A stretch of 53,800 nucleotides of DNA from Nemertoderma westbladi (taxonomy: Eukaryota; Animalia; Xenacoelomorpha), in NCBI GenBank assembly GCA_032718475.1, contig JAUCBJ010005396.1, forward strand, positions 1 through 53,800, in the 5' to 3' direction. The position numbers were made by a program, and so were the translations under genes. Below, piece by piece: positions 50,337-53,800 of this stretch (positions are counted from its first letter, which is position 1; the number at the start of each line of letters is the position of its first letter). Below the pieces are notes generated by a model, which made no database searches, was not told where the DNA came from, and worked only from the letters and a program-made list of their open reading frames with translations.

Positions 50337-50362
50337 GATACTGATACTTTCACTTGTAAATA

Positions 50363-50525
50363 TATTCGTGGCTCATCATTCGTGGCACATGCGATACGAA
50401 TGCTTCCACTCCACACAAAAAATAATTCGTGGTTCATTCGTTCGTGGCACATGCGATACGAATGCTTAGCCACGCCACGCTTAAAATTATTCGTGGTCCA
50501 TTCGTGACGCATGCGATACGCATGC
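50363..50525. repeat. Three diverged ~61-bp tandem units
   Basis: ATTCGTGG...TTCGTG..CATGCGATACG recurs, with CATGCGATACG at 50388, 50450 and 50510. Confidence 0.85.
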
Positions 50526-50794
50526 AAAGCACTCTCAATTAGAGTACCGTACAGACTGTAATACTGGCCAATCACCATTCGGCAAATAATCGAACATAGT
50601 GTTATTAGTTAGTAGCTCTCCCCCTTTGTTACCAGTCAGTTAGTCCCATGTACTTTTACTATATATTTATTTAATGGGTTGCCCAGTAATTCTTAACTCC
50701 CGTTTATTATTTTGGTTCCCCATTATTTTGGTATGTAAACCTGTTCCCTTTACCAACATGCTTGATATACTGTACTGTAATAATGTAAAGGTTA

Positions 50795-51013
50795 TGTACT
50801 GTAGGCTAGGTGAGATAAATAATGACAACATAAAACTACTGTATTAACTTAAGGAACTACAGTATGTAGGCATACTTATAGTATGTAGGCACTAGGCACC
50901 CCCCCCCCACCCGTAGTTTTAGCCCCTGTCATCCTGTACAGTAGTACTCATTTCCAAAAGTTATTACAGTAGTTTTATGTTGTCATTATTTATCTCACCT
51001 GGCCTACAGTACA
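50795..51013. mobile_element. Small MITE / foldback element with ~60-bp inverted arms
   Basis: 50795-50856 (TGTACTGTAGGCTAGGTGAGATAAATAATGACAACATAAAACTACTGTATTAAC...) is the near-perfect inverse of 50952-51013. The core 50804-51004 reads TA|GGC...GCC|TA. Confidence 0.8.
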
Positions 51014-51339
51014 GTACCAATACATATTATAAAGCATGTGGAATTTTTATTAAATTGTACCTGTGTATGGTGATATTCTCACACAGTTTCTTAGGCCTCC
51101 AGGTCGAATTTGTTTAATTCGCTATAAAACGCCATTAAAAAGTCTACTGATATACTGTAGCAGTTAATTACCGGTAACTGCTACAGTAGGCCCTACACTT
51201 ATTAATGGTAAAAAAATCTTACAGACAAAATACATCAAAGGCATACATTTTATGAGATGCATCAACATCATTTCAATGTTTTTTTTACTATATTCTAGAA
51301 TATTAATTCGCTTTTTTTCGATAATAAGTAATAAAATAT

Positions 51340-51612
51340 ATATAAAATAATAATAAAAATATATATAATAATAAAATAATATAATAATAAAATAATATAA
51401 TAATAAAATAATATAATAATAAAATAATATAATAATAAAATAATATAATAATAAAATAATATAATAATAAAATAATATAATATAATAATAAAATAATATA
51501 ATAATAAAATAATATAATATAATAATAAAGTAATATAATAATAAAATAATATAATAATAAAATAATATAATAATAAAATAATATAATAATAAAATAATAT
51601 AATAATAAAATA
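51340..51612. repeat. Almost purely A/T minisatellite, ~16-bp unit ATAATAATAAAATAAT
   Basis: Read directly. Explains the spurious Y/I/L/F ORF at 51164-51616. Confidence 0.95.
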
Positions 51613-51904
51613 TCATAAAAAATAATAAACCATCAATAATAATTAATAAGATTAATTAAAAGCTTGAAATTAATATTCTAGATAATAAAATCATCAGAAC
51701 TATAACGATTTACGTCTGAAATTGCGTGCTCTTGAATTATCTGAACATTTTTTTGGGGAAATTGAAAATGGCTTTCATATTCGATTCGGAATATCAAGTA
51801 TATTCAAAAAAATAAAATAAAATGGACACGTTTTAACAGTTGTAAACTGTTAAAACTATGTAAACTGTAGCGAAATAATAAAAAAAAATAAAAATCCTGC
51901 GGTA

Positions 51905-52249
51905 AACATTCGTATAACATTCGCAAAACATTCGTAACGAATTCGTATGGCGTGGGAAACATTCGTATATAACATGCGGGATGCATTCGTATAGTGTGCG
52001 GGAAACATTCGTATAAGATTAGGGACGCATTCGTATAGTGTGCGGGAAACATTCGTATAAGATTAGGAACGCATTCGTAGAATGTGCGGGATTCGAATAA
52101 GGTTCGTACTGTATTACATTCGATATGCGAATAAAGGATGCGTATTTGGTTCGGTTTTCGAATTCGTATCGCATGGTTCATCTATGTAACATTTCAGAAT
52201 GCGTTACGAATGCGTGAAATATGCGTCATCACATGCGTTACGCATGCGG
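51905..52249. repeat. Cluster of short CATTCGTA-based repeats, including a 44-bp duplication
   Basis: CATTCGTA recurs throughout. GCATTCGTATAGTGTGCGGGAAACATTCGTATAAGATTAGG occurs at 51983 and 52027-52028. Confidence 0.8.
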
Positions 52250-52982
52250 ATTTTTCGATACCAGTTTTTAGGAAACCAGCATGTTCATTTTCATCATATT
52301 TTTCGACCACTTCTTGTATTTCCATTTTTAAAAATCAAAACTTTAAAAAAAATAAAAACCATTTTTTATCTAATTTTTCATTAAAAAAATGGGTAAATAT
52401 TATGAAATGAAGAAAACTGGTCGAAATTTATTGAAGCTTATAAAATTACCTTTCATATAAATCAAAAATTGCAAAAAACGGTTAAGAAATGGCGAAGGAG
52501 TAGTATTTTTCGTGTGAAAAAATGTAATTCGCAGATATATTTACCCTCAAAGTTCAAACATTCCCGCGCAAAATTGCCTGTTTGGAATCTGGTTAGTTAA
52601 TAGTGTCTGACAGGAAGGAAGAACACCACCGAGCTGAAATTATGTTTACGGGGTCGCTGATTTCATGGTTTTAATATTTGCTGGAATCTAATCTCTCCGT
52701 CGGTCGGTCGGTTGTCTGTCTGTCTGTCTTACATTTTGACTGATAGATTTCCAGACAGATACGCCACGATAACTAAACTAAAACTAAAAAGATATATCTC
52801 TAAGCGGTTTTCAGATTTGAAATACCATTAAATTCTGCTCTGTATGCCGTAAAAAAATGTTCCATGGGGGGTCCCCCCCCCCCCCCCCCCCCTTGAGGGC
52901 ACCTGTTTTGTGTTAAAAATGGCAAAAATTCAAATTTACTTATCGATTCTGAAACACAATTTAACGGCGATTTCGGATACTG
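52250..52982. repeat. ~735-bp dispersed repeat, copy 2
   Basis: Direct-orientation match to 49601-50336, offset ~2650 bp. Confidence 0.95.
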
Positions 52983-53800
52983 CAATCATTCTTCAACCTT
53001 ATAGTGAGTTGTTGGTACAGTTAGAAAGCTGGACATGCAAGGATTCCAAATATGTAAAAACATTTGAATTTGGTTGGGAAATAGCTGAGATATGGACATT
53101 CAAAAGTTGCATGTATTTGCTTCCCCTGCAGGACATTTATTATATTTAATGAATACACAATATTCTGGAACGTTTTGTTTATCCCATGCGTAGCTGGGCA
53201 ACAATCCAATACCTCTTTAATCATATTATTACGTGGCTATTCATACATCTATATATTCTAGAATATGGTGTATTTATTTATAAGAATAAAATAGCTTCGC
53301 GCAGGAGCAAAACCATGTAACATTTGAGACGATTTAGATTATGTTACATATTTGGAATCCTTTCATGGCCAGCTTTCCAACAGTAGCAACAAAACACTAG
53401 AAGGTTGAAGAATAACTGCAGTGAGTCATTCTCACCAAAAGTGGCAAAATAGAAGCTATTTTCATGAAATTTAAACTTCATCAAAAACCATGTAAAACCA
53501 TATATTCCGAATACATTTTTCATGGAGAATTCAATTATTGTAACCATGGCACAAGATGTTAGATCAATCTGTAAGGCGATAATTAGGGCAAACTGATGTC
53601 CCACCTGTAATGAGCTGTCCCTCCCCTGTAACAGGATATTTAAAGATAAGATCCACCCTGTAATGCGACGTCCTTATGGTCCTACCCTTTAAAATGAATA
53701 TTTGGATATTTATCTAATACCCAGCCAGGATAGCAGCCATTACAAATATATTCAGGAGCTGTAACATATCCGGCTGCGGACCTCTTCCATACAGCTGGAT

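Noticed and set aside
49601-52982. LTR retrotransposon
   Set aside because: No TG...CA termini, primer-binding site, TSD or gag/pol remnants.
51164-53604. Short ORFs at the right end
   Set aside because: They lie on low-complexity or repeat sequence and have no recognisable motifs.

Overview
This is AT-rich, repeat-dominated eukaryotic genomic DNA, probably from an invertebrate animal; it shows no bacterial operon structure and no CRISPR array. About 35 kb (13569-48933) is one satellite array of roughly 940 copies of a 36/37-bp unit, with layered variants and kb-scale higher-order duplications. The array is interrupted once by a young, 5'-truncated LINE with a (TAA)n tail and a 7-bp target-site duplication (TSD). 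The left 13 kb holds: two orphan ORFs behind a hairpin-rich GC segment; a MITE; two decayed, related non-LTR retrotransposon fragments in tandem; one convincing host gene (an intronless PMP22/claudin-superfamily, TMEM47/PERP-like four-TM protein); a 2.4-kb 21-bp minisatellite; a second hairpin-rich GC island; and a 1.2-kb element with terminal inverted repeats (TIRs) that abuts the satellite. The right end holds two near-identical ~735-bp dispersed repeats enclosing smaller repeats and a MITE. I cannot demonstrate a new biological system from the sequence alone. The best leads are the LINE in the satellite with an apparent empty sister site, the TIR-element/satellite junction, the two candidate structured RNAs, and the cluster of TA-flanked palindromes around the gene. 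All alignments and counts were made by eye.
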